Of a stretch of DNA of 64,000 nucleotides, positions 39,331 to 53,441 are shown one piece after another. The translations under genes were made by a program, and so were the position numbers. Under the pieces are notes generated by a model. The model saw only the letters and a program-made list of their open reading frames with translations, was not told where the DNA came from and did not search any database. This DNA comes from Octopus sinensis (Eukaryota), in NCBI RefSeq assembly GCF_006345805.1, contig NC_043006.1, forward strand, positions 68,634,001-68,698,000, given 5' to 3'. Position 1 is the stretch's first letter, and every line of letters starts with the position of its first letter.

Positions 39331-41854
39331 GTATGTATGCCATTGTTCAGTTTTATTTCACGATTTCTTGCCAATAGAGAAAGAGCACGTTTCTAACCTA
39401 GATTCAAGGCTCCTTCATTGGAATTTCAACATCAACAATAAAGTATGTTTGTTTGTTTGTATGTATGTGTATATGTATGTAAAATATGCATATGTGCAGA
39501 TTTGTTATGTTTTGTATGTATATATGCATGTGCCTTTCAATAATCTATACTACTAAAGGCATGTGGCTTGGTGGTTAGGGTATTGCACTCATGATCAACA
39601 AACTATGGGTTCAATTCCAGAACTGCGTGGTACATTGCGTTCTTAAGCTAAACACTTCATTTAATGTTGTTCCAGTCCACTCAGCTGTAAATGGATCATG
39701 CTGTGGTGGATTAGCCTTCCGACCAGGAGGCATGTTGACCTGTTTCCCTAGCCAGTAAGGTAGCATCATTCACAGGTTAAAACGATGCAAAGCTCATTGT
39801 GACCAGCGATGTATAACAACATTTGACAGCCCAATTGATTACATGGTCATGTGATATTAGTGAAACATAAACATTGGTGAAAAGCCAGAGACAATCTTTA
39901 TACATTGCCGCCATCAGAAATACAATGAACCAATGATTGGTTTCTTGGAAATCTGTAAACAATGACACTAATGTTCACCAATTGTGACTGAAAACAACAA
40001 ATAAATAAAATATTGAAGTTGATATAAACTACAGGGAGGTGGTGCCCTAGGATGGCCTGGGTCCAGTGACTGAAATCAAGAAATTAAAAATAAAATATAA
40101 ATTTAGTAATAGTTTGGGCTAAAGTTTGATGAGAGAACTTTCAATCTAAAATTACTTCAACCTTACATAACTACTGAGTTATTCTTCTTTGTTCTGTTGC
40201 TGGGTAACAGTGAATGTGTGTGTATGTGTGTGTATGGGAGGTGGGTGAATTGGGATAGTGATAATAACTAATACACTACCACTACAGCCATTACTATACC
40301 TGTTGAGGCACTATTATTAATATTATTTCTTAAAACCAAGGTCATACTACGTCAGACAATTGCATGCATCATACTATAATGTATACTAGTGCTATTCTAT
40401 ACCAGTTGAGCACTATCTTCCCTACCGCTATAGCTAGTACCACCTATGTCACAATATCTGAAACATAGTGAAGGAATATGTAGATTGTTAAATTCAAATA
40501 CTGGTATTACAACTCTACCGCCAACACCATTGCAACACGGCATACAAGAACACTTCACCATCACATCCAACTACATGCCACACACACACACTACATTCAA
40601 CACTATCAAAATACTACATCCAATATCACTACAAAACTATATCCATCATCATGCCATTATATTCAACATCACACTACAACATTCAGCATCTCATCCATCA
40701 CCACCACTACATCACTAGTCACCTTCCTTATAGAGTGGCGAAGGTGATAGTAAAAATGACTGCATGATGTTGGTCATGATGATGATGGTCATGATGCAGT
40801 ATTGGTATTGACAAAAATGATAATGATGATGATGAAGATGAGGGTGACTCAAGATATTTAACAATAATGATGATGATACTGGATAATAAAGTAATAATGA
40901 TGATAACAATGATGCCAGTTGTGTTGGTGGTGAAGATGATGACAGAGGTGATGATGGCAGTGGGGAAGATGATGGCAGTGGGTGTAGTAATGAAAATAAT
41001 AGTGAAATAGTGAAGATGGTGAAGATGATGATGATGGAGGTGGTGGTGAAAGTTGCATTAACAATGAAAGTGGCAGTGATATATATTTATATATATATTT
41101 TCATTTGTTGATTATCAAAAATAATAAAATATAAATACTAGTCTTAGACTTTCCTCTGATAACCAACGCTTCATCTTTTCATCAATCTAGAGAGAAAAAC
41201 TATCTTTAGCCAATAGCAGAGCAAAACTATATCTAGCTCAGATAATAAAAATAAAAATAATAATAATAATAATAATAATAATAATTGTTGTTGTTGTTGT
41301 TGTTGTTATTGTTCAATCCTTGCCTGCTGCCCCACTCCAGAACATGGTGCATCCATCATGTTGGAAATGATTCAGGCATTTGATAAAAGGAAATCATACC
41401 ACATTGTTTGCCATCTAAATAAACTTGCTCTGATTTATGACACATCAGAGGTCAAACAGGACACAGGTTGTGTGTATGAGTAGTGGTAGCGGGTCTAATT
41501 AAAATGGTGGAACATAAAATATCAGGAAGGAAGGGAAAAGATGATGTTCTGGGTTCAATTTCAGTAGAAGCCAAGCTTTTAAAATACATCCATTGTTGTT
41601 GTCATTATTCCTTGTATTTGTTTTTATTTAATAATGATAATGATAATATTCATTCTTAATTTGTTCTGGCAAATTTTAATGTGAATGAACACATCACTGT
41701 TGTATCTCTTTAATGGAGAACAATTCTTTTCAGACAGATGTGTGTTCATAACACAAACAATTCATTAGCATAAGTTCTCTCTTATACTAATGAATATGTA
41801 TGTTATCATTTTGATTCTTGCTGTTCAACTTGCACATGATGATTTGCAGATACA

Positions 41855-42291
41855 TTGATCCAGTGCAATCACCTAACCAGCCATCAGAAACCGGACATTG
41901 TTGTAGTGAGTAAAAAAAGAAAGAACATGTATGATTATCGACATAGCATGCTCTGGTGACAACAGAATCAATGTGAAAGAAGAAGAAAACGTAAACAGCT
42001 ATGACAATTTGAAGTGGAAAATATGAAGGTTGTGGTTAATGAAGAGAGAAGACATGATACCAATAGTAATTGGTGCACTTCGAAGTATCAGCACTCAACT
42101 ACCAACATGGTTGAAAAAGATTGGTGCAAGTGTAAAGGTAGAACACCTACAAAAATCAGCATTGCTTGGAACTGTAGGAATTCTTCACAGGGTTTTTGAA
42201 GTATGACCAGTAAACAAGTGCCACCTTAGTCTGCTGACTGCGGACAGCTGACACTTTCCATCATACCCAGAAAAATAAGTTGTGTTTTCAC

Positions 42292-42292
<1 letters not shown>
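41855..42292 (+). mobile_element. R4/Dong-clade LINE 3' fragment (restriction-like endonuclease) ending in (TAA)n
   Basis: KPDIVVV...MIIDIAC.GD...IPIVIGAL...LQKSALLGT, the PD-(D) RLE C-terminus of R4/Dong, then a short 3' UTR and (TAA)n. Confidence 0.85.
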
Positions 42293-42329
<37 letters not shown>

Positions 42330-42330
<1 letters not shown>

Positions 42331-42883
42331 GCCCATATGCAGTACCAGGTAGTGGCTCTCATGGCTCCTGGTCATAACTGATTGGTAGTGTTATCATGTA
42401 CATATTTTGTCTTGGTATAAAAGATGGACTACAGCAAATATTCTGCTCAATATCACAGATTTGCTTGTCAGTTGTTTGACTTTGACCAGTTGAGCATGTC
42501 CTTTGGTGGCTGATGATATGTGCATCTCTGATCACGAGCAGAAGTAGTGGGGTGGCATCATAGTCATGTGTTGAGAGGAATTCTTTGGGGTTTGGATAAT
42601 TCACCTTTGGAAACATGGGTGTTTTGTTCAATATCCTTAAACAGCCCTTATTCAGGGACCTTTTGAGTGGTATAGGCTACTCGACCTGAAGGAAATTCTA
42701 ACTGGGCCCTACCTGCAAGGTCATGCACTGTTTATCTTGAAATGAGATCACTTTATCGTACACACATGGTTCTGATGCATGTGCCTGGTGTACTCTTATC
42801 ATATGGGTAGTCATGATGGATATCCTGGGCTTTGTATATTTTACCACAGTGTCACTTTGATGGCTTACACTGCTCTCTCACTC

Positions 42884-42884
<1 letters not shown>
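42330..42884 (+). mobile_element. Family C (TAA)n-flanked element
   Basis: Matches 8140-8673 and 53442-54047, with (TAA)n on both sides. Confidence 0.85.
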
Positions 42885-42914
<30 letters not shown>

Positions 42915-43081
42915 GGAGAGTATTGTAGCTCGCTTGAAGCATTGTGTATTGTTTGTAAGGAATAAAAAGTTTTGAATGGTACATCAATGCACTATAATAC
43001 AGACAACAGGTATATAGCCCATTAGCTGTATTATAGTGCATTGTTATACCATTCAAAACTTTTTATTCTTTAATAATAATA

Positions 43082-43508
43082 ATCCTTTCTGCTATAGGAA
43101 CAAGGCCTGAAATTTTGGGGGAGGGGTTAAGTTGATTACATCAGCCCCTGTCCTCAACTGGCACTTATTTTATCAAACCCAGAAGGATAAAAGGCAAAGT
43201 TGATCTTGGTGGAGTTTGAACTCAGAGTGTAAAGATGAACAAAATGATGCTAATCATTTTACTTGGCATGCTAACGACTATGCCAGCTTGCCACCTTCAT
43301 AATAGCAATAATAGTTTCAAATTTTAGCACAAGCCCAGCAATTTCAGGGGAGGGAGTAAGTCGATTACATCGACAACCCATCCACCGCTGATCAACTGGT
43401 ACTTATTTTATTGACCACAAAAGGATGAAAGGCAAAGTTGAACCTGACAGAATTTGAACTCTGAACATATGCCTGGCATGGTAACAATTCTGTCAGCTTG
43501 CTGTCTTA
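43082..43508 (-). mobile_element. Two tandem SINE family B copies
   Basis: Both match family B. Confidence 0.8.
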
Positions 43509-43538
43509 ACAATAATAATAATAATAATAGTAATAATA

Positions 43539-43745
43539 ACAAGAGCACTCAGAGAGCACAAACCTCTGCCAAGGCAACACCAATGTCCTCTCAATAATTA
43601 GCCAGAGATGATGTTTAAAATGAGATTATCTGAAATAAATTCAACTGCTCTCACAATCAAGAATACTGAAAATGAACCTGACTGCTCTCAAAATTTAAGT
43701 AAAAAAAAAACACAGAAAAATAATGCAGAATCCTTATCCAGGACC
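43539..43745 (+). mobile_element. Truncated copy of the Helentron-type (HINE-like) element at 48050-48412
   Basis: Shares aagagcactcagagagc..aaacctctgccaaggc and ~200 bp downstream. Confidence 0.7.
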
Positions 43746-44291
43746 AGACTTTCTCTTTGGTTTGGTGTTTACTTCAGAGATACAATAGAATTATATGAAT
43801 GAGAAATAAATTTTGTACAGGAGAGGATGCTAGACTTTCTGCAATAAAGAACAATACCTATTGACCTTATAACTACTTTTGAGAAGCAAGAGTTAACAGC
43901 CTGAAACCTTATCTTCTAAGTTCAACAATGAAATGTGGCCCCACCTTGCTAATAGAGGTGTGAATGCTGTCCTTAGTAGACAGTAATCTGGAGCAATTAT
44001 CCTGTTTTTTGTTTTCTAAGTGAAAGCAACTCCAATTGCATTTGTGAATGTGATAGAAATATTATACTGAATAGAAATGTCAAAAAACAGAAAAGACGAT
44101 AGCAGCAGGAGCAGGAAGACAAGGTTGTATTTTGAAAAATAAGTCACTGTTGGTATGTATGTACTCATGGATTTTAAGCATAGCTTAACTAAACAACTGA
44201 AATACCAAGGACAGCACTCTTACAAACACATTCACAACTAAGATACAATACAATGAGAGAAACCACAACATCCTCATTGGATCTCTTTTAG

Positions 44292-44537
44292 TCTTTTACT
44301 TGTTTCAGTCATTTGACTGCAGCCATGCTGGAGCACTGCATTTAGTGGAGCAAATCGACGCCAGGACTTATTCTTTGTAAGCCTAGTACTTATTTTATCA
44401 GTCTCTTTTACCGAACCACTAAGTTATAGGGACATAAACACACCAGCATCGGTTGTCAAACGATATTGGGAGAACAAACACAGACACACAAACATATACA
44501 CACACACACACACACATACATACATACATACATAAAT

Positions 44538-44581
<44 letters not shown>

Positions 44582-44748
44582 ACGACGGGCTTCTTTCAGT
44601 TTCCGCCTACCAAATCCACTCACAAGGCTTTGCTCGGCCTGAAGCTATAGTGGAAGACACTTGCCCAAGGTGCCACACAGTGGGACTGAACCCAGAACCA
44701 TGTGGTTGGTAAGCAAGCTACTTACCACACAGCCACTCCTGCGCCTAT
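44292..44748 (-). mobile_element. SINE family A
   Basis: Full-length match. Confidence 0.9.
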
Positions 44749-46397
44749 GGTATTTCAAAAAATATTAAAATGTTGGGATGGCCACAACTTTGATCATAGA
44801 TCTTATTCAGAGTTGATTATGGCTAAACAACAACAGCAATTATCTAAGATAATGGAGGTAAAAATTTTGAGCTTCTTTGATATGGAAAGTAAGAATGGAT
44901 ATTAAACAGCATATGAATCTATTCTCTCTGAATAGACACAAGGCCAATGTTAAGCCCTAGGCCAATCATGAGTGAGCAGATGTATGATCAAAGAAGACCC
45001 AACCATGATCTTAACCCTTTAAAATACTCAAAGGGAAACTCAAATGGATAACTAAGGACAATGTTGCGGCTACTGCTGTTGCATACACAAACATCACCAA
45101 TATGTTCCAATTTCAGTCTCCTCACACTGTCACTTCAACCACTGGTGTAGTGACTTCTACTCCTCAGAAGTGACTGCCTCAAGCCCTCTCAACTCCCTCA
45201 GCTCTCCTCCTCCTCCTCTCAACATCCATAAAGAGTAAAGCCCCGCTTCAGTCACAAATGGCCACAGGATTACACCTATAAAGTTCCCCTGCCAGGCACA
45301 AGTCCCCTGCAAGGTTGTTCAGCAGTCACCCATGTATACCAGTTTCCCCTCAACCTGCCACCAATGTTATCCAAGGGAAAGGCAAAGGGGTCGATACAGC
45401 TGGGCACCAGTGACATTGCAACTCATTTGTATGGCTGAGTGAACTGCAGCAACATGAAATAAAATGTCTTGCTCAAGAATACAACACACAATCCAGTCCA
45501 GGAATTGACCTCACAACCTCATGATTGAAAGCCTAACACTCTAATCACTGAGCCATGTGCCTTCACTTCAACATCCAGTCCCTACTCCCTGGTACAACTC
45601 CATCAATCTCACCTCTCTCAGAGATATGTAAGGGTTAAGGGCACAGATGTTTCCTTCAGTTCCTGTTGTGGGTTTGAACTCACAATCTATGAGCTCCCAT
45701 TAGGATGCTTCACCCTCTTAGCTACTTAATCCTATTCTGCTTCTTGGGTTAATTAGATTCTAATTTAATTAAATATTCAACATCTAATAACTTAGAAAGT
45801 CAAATGTTTCTTAGTGAGTGAGAAAGAGAGAGAGATGGAAAGACAGACAGACAAAAATATGTATCTAGTTTTATTTAGTTATTTCTAAAAGACAAACTTA
45901 CAATATTCTTCCTGGTAGCTCTTTTAAAACAAAGCTGTATGAGAATAATTTCACTCCTGCTACTCACCCCTCCACTCTCTTTTGCATCCCTCCATCTTCC
46001 CTAACTCATGGTTTATAGTTCATTCACCCTTCAATGCTACCCATTTTTAGAGTCTATCTCCACCCCCATTCCCTCATTTCCTTGCAAACAACCCACTTCT
46101 ACTCACCTTGTACTTTGGGGCTAGGAGACACCTGGGCACCTCATCACTGTTCTATCTCTTTGCAGTTCCTACTGATAATTTTACTCCCCCCACTCTCTCT
46201 CTAGCCATGCAAATTCTCTACAACAGTGATTTTTTGCTTTTTTAACCCATTTTTTAAAAGTCTATGGACCCCTTTGACTACTATTTCATTCTGGTGGACC
46301 CCCTCCCTAGCCATTCAATGTTCAAAAACTAGTGTCATAGATACTTCTTTCAAAATTCCTATTTTGTTTTTCACACAATTTATGTAGTTTGAACTAT

Positions 46398-46764
46398 GTG
46401 CAGGAGTGGCTGTGTGGTAACTAGCTTGCTTACCAACGATATGGTTCGGGTTCAGTCCCACTGTGTGACACCTTTGGCAAGTGTCTACTATAGCATCAGG
46501 CCAACCAAAGCCTTCTGAGTAGATTTGGCAGACAGAAACTGAAAGAAGCCTGTCGGATATATATATATGTGTGTGTGTGTGTGTCCTCCCAACACAGATT
46601 GACAACTGATTGTATGTTTACGTCCCCATAACTTAGTGGTTCAGCAAAAAGAGACCAATAGAATAAGTACTAGGCTTATAAAGAATAAGTCCTGGGGTCG
46701 ATTTGTTCGACTAAAGGCAGTGCTCCAGCATGGCTGCAGTCAAAACGACTGAAACGAGTAAAGA
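46398..46764 (+). mobile_element. SINE family A nested in a hAT-like MITE (~46230-46913)
   Basis: MITE sequence resumes after the SINE and ends ttaagaaccactg. Confidence 0.85.
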
Positions 46765-47482
46765 GTATGTAAAACCTAACTGCTTCTTGCTATAAATACA
46801 TATAAAGCAAAACTTTTTAGGGGACCATTAAAATACTACTGTGGATTTCCAGTTTATTACTTTACTTATGGGCCCCACCAAAATCTTATATGGACCCCAG
46901 TTAAGAACCACTGAACAAAAGTAATGATATCATGCTCAAAGGTAACATTAACAATCAATTACTGCTCTCATTGACTATCAATTACCAAACTCCAAACAAT
47001 GGAAACTAAAAGAGCCCAAATGCTGAAAATAGATGGAAATCCTAAAGTCAGTTTTTGACCTTGTATCATATTTACTGAGACAAACTACAGGGTCTGCTAT
47101 AAATATAGTAGTTTTAATTAACTATTATTCACAGAACTGTCTGTCAGTCATTGACAATCAACAGACCATGGACTTATTTTTTTATTTATTTATTTATTTT
47201 TTTGCAACTGTTACAGTTCTCTTGTTACCTATTATGCCTATGGTATTGATATCACTACTTCCTGCACTAAATATCAGGATCAGACCTTTGTCACAAGGAC
47301 CATCTCTTCTTTGAAGGAGCCTAAGACAAAGACCAAACCTCTGTATGATAGCTAGATATGCTAGAAATAACAGCTAGATCTCACTCAAATATCAAAAAAA
47401 AAAGGAAGGTACATTAGATGATATTATTAAGTTTATGTTTGAACAAACACAGCAGGAGGGTCATGGTTGGAATACTTTAGCT

Positions 47483-47708
47483 CAGTGGTTCTCAACCGGG
47501 GTCCATATATTTTCTTGTTCAAATCTATCTGTAATAAATCGGTCATACTTCTACAATTCACAAAATATCTTAACAGTTTTTTGTACAATTCCTAATAGTA
47601 TTTAATTATAAAAATATAGGATTTTTAAACATAAAATAACTATGAGGTCTACTCAAGTAAAATAGGAATCAAAGGGGCCCATAGGTGAAAAATAGACGAG
47701 AAACACTG
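47483..47708. mobile_element. hAT-like MITE
   Basis: TIRs cagtggttctc / gagaaacactg. The 8-bp flanks ctttagct / ctttaaat are consistent with a decayed TSD. Confidence 0.7.
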
Positions 47709-48049
47709 CTTTAAATCAAAGCTTACCTGGGACTAAAGAACAACATTCCCATGTGACTGGCACATTTACATCAAAACACTAACATCTAACCTTACAAAAC
47801 AATTAACTGGTTGGTACTAATTGTATTAAGGGTGCTACAAGGGCCATGGAGCATTAAAAGGTGTAGAACACATGGAATATTTAGGGTACTAGTGCTGTTG
47901 GTTATATTTCCAGAATGAAAGGTGAAGTGCTTGATTGAATAAGGGAGCGGATTAAGTGTTGATGGTGTTGTGAGCTAACATCTAAGCAAAGGAGTTAGAC
48001 TGGCTCAAATAAGGCTCAATGATGTATGGGACACTTAATAACATTAACA

Positions 48050-48412
48050 ACAAGAGCACTCAGAGAGCGCAAACCTCTGCCAAGGCAGCACCAATGTCCT
48101 CTCAATGATTAGCCAGAAATGATTTTTTAAAGTGAGAATATCTGAAATAAACTCAACTGCTCTCGCAAACAAGAATACTGAAAATGAACCCGACTGCTCT
48201 CAAAAATTAAGTTAAAATACCAGAAAAATAATCCAGAATCCTTGTCTGGTAATGGATAAATCTCAAAATCTATTCAGTCTGTGCCAGTCATGAGGCCAAA
48301 CACCCCTGAAAGTTTCATCTGAATCCATCCAGCAGTTCTTGAGATATCTTATCCACAGACAAACAAACACAACTGAAAACAATACCTCTGCCTTCACTAA
48401 GGCAGAGGTAAT
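48050..48412 (+). mobile_element. Helentron-associated non-autonomous element (HINE/DINE-like)
   Basis: Subterminal repeat acctctgcc near the 5' end and a 3' stem-loop tacctctgcctt-cact-aaggcagaggta. Confidence 0.65.
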
Positions 48413-48676
48413 AATGAAGTAGTAACATATCTGTGTGACTCCTACTCATAACCTCCCATGCTGAGAGAATTACTCACACCCAGGGTGTGTCTGTCATGGT
48501 ACAATCTCAACACATAAACTATAATTCTTTACATTAAATAGCACAAAACTATGACATTTCTAAGTGAGTTATACAGTCAACTGAATGATTCCACATACAT
48601 GACTGATACTTGTTATTGTTTAGCACCAGGTCAACCTTGATTGAGCAGGCCTATAACAAAAGTTGTTCCAGCTTCT

Positions 48677-48960
48677 AGGAGCCTTCATGGATGACACTGT
48701 GGTCCTTTGCACAAAGGAGCATGAAACATGTAGGATACTTAAACAGTCGGACGAGGCAGTTGCATCTTCCAGAACAAGGTTCAAATGAAAGAAATCCCAG
48801 AGCCTCTCTCTGCAGAAAGGGAAATCAGTGGAAACAGTTCTGTTCACAGTAGTCAACCAAGATATCCCAACAGTGGCAAAAAAACCAGCCAAAAGTCTCA
48901 GAAGGTGGTAAAACAACATCCTGAAAGATAGGAAAAGGGAAACCAAAACTTTACCACTAG
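48677..48960 (+). mobile_element. Hero-like (R2 superfamily) RT fragment
   Basis: AFMDD...RTRFK*KKSQSLSL.KG...IPTV..KPAKSLRRW..ILKD, matching the Hero-type RT C-half pattern. Confidence 0.7.
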
Positions 48961-48976
48961 AATTCACCATCTAATG

Positions 48977-49239
48977 CAGTGGTTCCTAAAGTGGGCAGTA
49001 TTGCACCCTCTGGGGTGGAAAGTTCCAAGGGGGTGTTGAAGAAAAGTGGAGCGATAATGGGGTAGCGATTCATGTATAAAGTGGGTTTGCTAGGTTAAGT
49101 TTTATTTGTGAAATACAGTTGCTTTCAATTTGCTTCAGAAAGGGGGTCTATGTTTGTGATGGTTAGTTGAGGTGGGGACACTAGGAATCTGGCCTGGGTG
49201 TCAAGGGGATGGCAGCCTGAAAAAGCTTGGGAACCACTG
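48977..49239. mobile_element. hAT (Charlie-like) MITE
   Basis: TIRs cagtggttcctaa / ttgggaaccactg, with 8-bp flanks atctaatg / acctaatt. Confidence 0.75.
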
Positions 49240-49249
49240 ACCTAATTCT

Positions 49250-49627
49250 TTTACTGTTTTATTCATTTCAGCCATTTGACTGGAGCATGGCCTTTAGTTG
49301 GACAAGTTGACTCCAGGACTTATTCTTTGTAAGCCTAGTACTCAATCTATCAGTATCTTTTGCTAAACCGCTAAATTACGGGGATGTAAACACACCAACA
49401 TCGGTTGTCAAGCAATGTTGGGGGGGACAAACACAAACACACAAATACACACACACACATACGGCAGGCTTCTTTCAGTTTCTGTCTACCAAATCTACTC
49501 ACAAAGCTTTGGTCAGCCTGAGGCTACAGTGGAAGATACTTGCCCAAGGTACCACATAGTTGGACTGAACCCAGAACCATGTGGTTGGTAAGCAAGCTAT
49601 TTACCACAGAGCCACTCCTGCGCCTAT
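49250..49627 (-). mobile_element. SINE family A
   Basis: Full-length match. Confidence 0.85.
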
Positions 49628-50577
49628 GTCCCTTTTCTCAAATTGTAGAGTATCATTCAAGAGATATTTGGCTGCTATTTTTAAGTCAAGTACCAACACA
49701 GAGCCACCTTGTTGGCTGGCATCTGTAGTACTGTGTGCAAGAGGAAAGGCGTCAAAATCAAATCTGCAGGATCGGAGCTGTTTACATGTGGCTAAACTGA
49801 CCTGAGGTTAAACAACAACATAAATAACTATAAATTGATTTTTAATTTCAGTAAAAGGGCCCAAACTGAAGTCATTTAGTCTGGATAAAATATCTGCACT
49901 TACTATAACTCAATGCAACAGCTGCACTGTGAGGGGTAGTTCTAGTATGCATCAAGAGAGAGTGGCCAACAGCTTGCAAGACAGAGAACTTATGTAAAGG
50001 ACACAGTTGCTAGGGAAATCAGCTGTCAAGGACAGGTCAGTAGACTGAATATCAACCAGAGATGGTTGTGTGGTAAGCAGAAGGTTAATCAAAGTAGATA
50101 CAACTGAAAGAGTAGTGTTATATCTCCAAGATCTGAAGATCTAAGAGATTACAAGCCCTCTACATAGGAGCTTCTATCATATTTCTTACTGCTGCTAATC
50201 TAATCTTATTCCCAGGAATAGAACATTACAATGTTTCTTATGTGAACTATCTATACGTACATAAAACTTTGCACACACACATACACAAGAGTAGTACTCA
50301 ATACATGATGTGCGGATTTTTTTATTATTCAAAAACAGCTGATGAGTCACTCCATCACTACTTTCACTTGTGTGTAGAAATAACAAATAAAAGTACTTGA
50401 TACAAATGAGTGTGTGTGTGCCTTTATATATATATATATATATATCTGTGTATGTGTACACACATAAACACACATATATATATGCCCATAGATTAGATTA
50501 TTCATCATAACCAGTAACTTCACATCCCTAATGCTCACACAATACATGCATATACATTTACACACTCGGACATACAT

Positions 50578-50634
<57 letters not shown>

Positions 50635-50966
50635 TACATGTTTATAGATATATATTTATACATACAGCTTATGTGAACCACTTGTAAGCTCTCAACCTAT
50701 AACAACTATTACGCAAGGTTTTAAGTAGAGATACTTAGGAAAATACTTCTACCCACTTTGAAAACTCACACACATACGTGTGTGTGTGTGTGTGTTTTAA
50801 TGGAATGATATGTCTTTAGCATGCCTATAGCTTTCTGGAGTTTTATAACTGGAAAGGACAAATACACTGACCCCTGCCATCCTCTTAAGAGAACCAGTTC
50901 CCACCCAGATGCTGCCTGGGGAAGAAAATTAGTAAGGTTAATATTGTTGTTGTTGATGCTGTCTAA

Positions 50967-51169
50967 CTCTTAAGCATTTATATTATTCTGTCACATTTAA
51001 TGTGTATTTATTAACATTGCTTTATCTTGTAGCTTTGAGATTTCAATGATGTGATTGTTTATTTTTAGAATGACATTGTATGGTAAGTGTAAGAGGGTAG
51101 ATCTGCTGTTTTGAAGATAAAACAGGTAGAATATTTGGGGTGGATGTTGCTAGTTTAAATGCTAAAGGG
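50967..51169. mobile_element. piggyBac-like MITE (opposite orientation to 62079-62298)
   Basis: Ends aatgctaaaggg|TTAA. The internal sequence is the reverse complement of 62079-62298. Confidence 0.6.
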
Positions 51170-51609
51170 TTAACCCTAGATCATCCTTCATCCAGCAGAT
51201 TAACAATACAATACTTTATGACCTTTGTTTATCAATTTGTTTTGCAAGATCCCTGATGTGAAATCATGTGTTGAAACAGATATTGTTGTACTTTGAGATG
51301 GTCATTTGATTTATTATCATCATTTTTTTTCTTGCCAAATAAACACATGCACAATATATTATATATATCATCATCATCGTCTAATGTCCGCTTTCCATGC
51401 TAGCATAGGTTGGACGGTTCAACTGGGGTCTTGGAAGCCAGGAGGCTGCACCAGGCCCAGTCTGATCTGGCAATGTTTCTACAGCTGGATGCCCTTCCTA
51501 ACGCCAACCACTCCGTGAGTGTAGTGGGTGCTTTTTATGTGCCAAGCGAGGCTGGTAAATGGCCACGATCAGTTGGTGCCTTTTACGTGCCACCGTATAT
51601 ATATATATA

Positions 51610-51702
<93 letters not shown>

Positions 51703-52095
51703 TATATAATAGTAGGGAATATAATTCCAAACTTACAGGGAAAATTCAATTTAGCAATTCTAAATCAAATTTCACAAAATATAATATATGTATATAATTT
51801 AGAGAAAAACCTCTATTAAGCAATTCAATAGTGAAAGACGTTATTCACACCATATAGAAAAAATTAAATATACTATAAAAAACATTATTCTAAAAATCGA
51901 TAAAGTACATAAACAATAAATAATAAAATTCTCAATCAGGGTCCAAAATGTTTCTTGAGGGTCCATATAAGATTTTGTTGTTAAAATTTATGTGCAATAA
52001 ATTGCTTATACTTCTAAAATACACAAAATATTTTATTTTTTTAGGCAATTTCTTATAATACTTATTCATATAAATACAGTAGATTTATATATATG

Positions 52096-52963
52096 TACAG
52101 GATGCAGCGAATAAACTGTCACCTAAATCACGCAAAAATGAAAATAACACTGATATCTCATTTTAACAGGTGTATTTACCAAAATTGCATAAAAATATTT
52201 TGAAATACTAAAGAGCAAATTCATTCAATAAAATCATAATTGGCTTCAACCATGGCCTCCAGATGACTTCAGAATCTCCTGCAACTCTTCTAGATAGTCT
52301 CCTTGTTTAAGTTGGTGAATGCTGCAATAATCATTGCCTTCAGTTCATCTTTTTACAAGGAGCTTTGTTGGTTTCTTGCTCAACTGAATCCCACACATAA
52401 TAATCAAGGGCGCTGCAGTCTGGGGAGTTAAGTGGCCAGATGTTAAGGGTGGTGTGGTCGCAGAAATTGTGTGACAGTCATGACTGGGTTCTCCTGCTTG
52501 TGTGGCATGGTGCAGAGTCCTGTTGCCAGATATAGGGTCTTCGAGTTGTCACTCTCATCACCCAAGGCAGCACTACCTCCTACAGGCATTTGATGTAGGC
52601 CCCTGCATTATGTCTGAGGCTGGGTAGGAAGATGAACGAAGGCATAATGTTGCCATCACTAATAATCACTCCAAACACCATGACGTTGACTGGATGTTTG
52701 ATTTTTATCACTCTTGGTATATGTCTTCAGATTGCACACCCAAACACTCTGACATGTTCATATTGGAGCTTCTGGCATGAATACCAAGCAATACAGCATG
52801 TAATCTCCAAATTTCTGGCAGAGTAAATTGCATCATAGTGCTGTTTTTCTCACAGACGGTGCCCAGCTGACCCTACTATACTGTGTAGTTAATAAAATCA
52901 AAAACAATGTGCCTACATGAAATTAAAAATATGAAATGGTGACAATTTACCCATCATAGCCTG
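52096..52963 (-). mobile_element. Internally deleted Tc1/mariner element of the DD37D/maT type, nested in a hAT-like MITE
   Basis: TIRs TAcaggatgcagcgaataaactgtcacc / ggtgacaatttacccatcatagcctg. Minus strand gives QQDSAPCH...WPLNSPDCSALDYYVW...MVEANYDFIE. Confidence 0.8.
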
Positions 52964-53441
52964 TGTGTACATATATATATATATTTACCCATCATAGCCT
53001 CTGTATATATATACACACACACATATCGAATGGCTATGAAGATCCAGTAGAGCAAAACAGGAATCAAATGGGTCTATAAGCAAAAAGTAGTTGAAAACCA
53101 CTGTTTTACATGGTCAAATGTAGTTTAAGGGAGATTTGGCTGTTATTTTTAGTGCATCTAGCTACCACATAGAGGCCAGTTCATTGTTTCATGTAGTTAG
53201 TTTTGAATACAGGTGCGGTTGATGTATAACAGACATTGTTTCACTTTCCAACATATACTGAAGGAATGGCTAAAGAAATAAAGTACCAGATGACTGTTGA
53301 TGAAGTAAACAGTTCAAATCTTACCACTGGCTGTCTTAAATTACTAACAAACCAATTCAACACACACTGGCTCAGTTTACTTACCTGTAAGAAGGTACCA
53401 CACTAAGTTGATGATAATAATAATAATAATAATAATCATGT

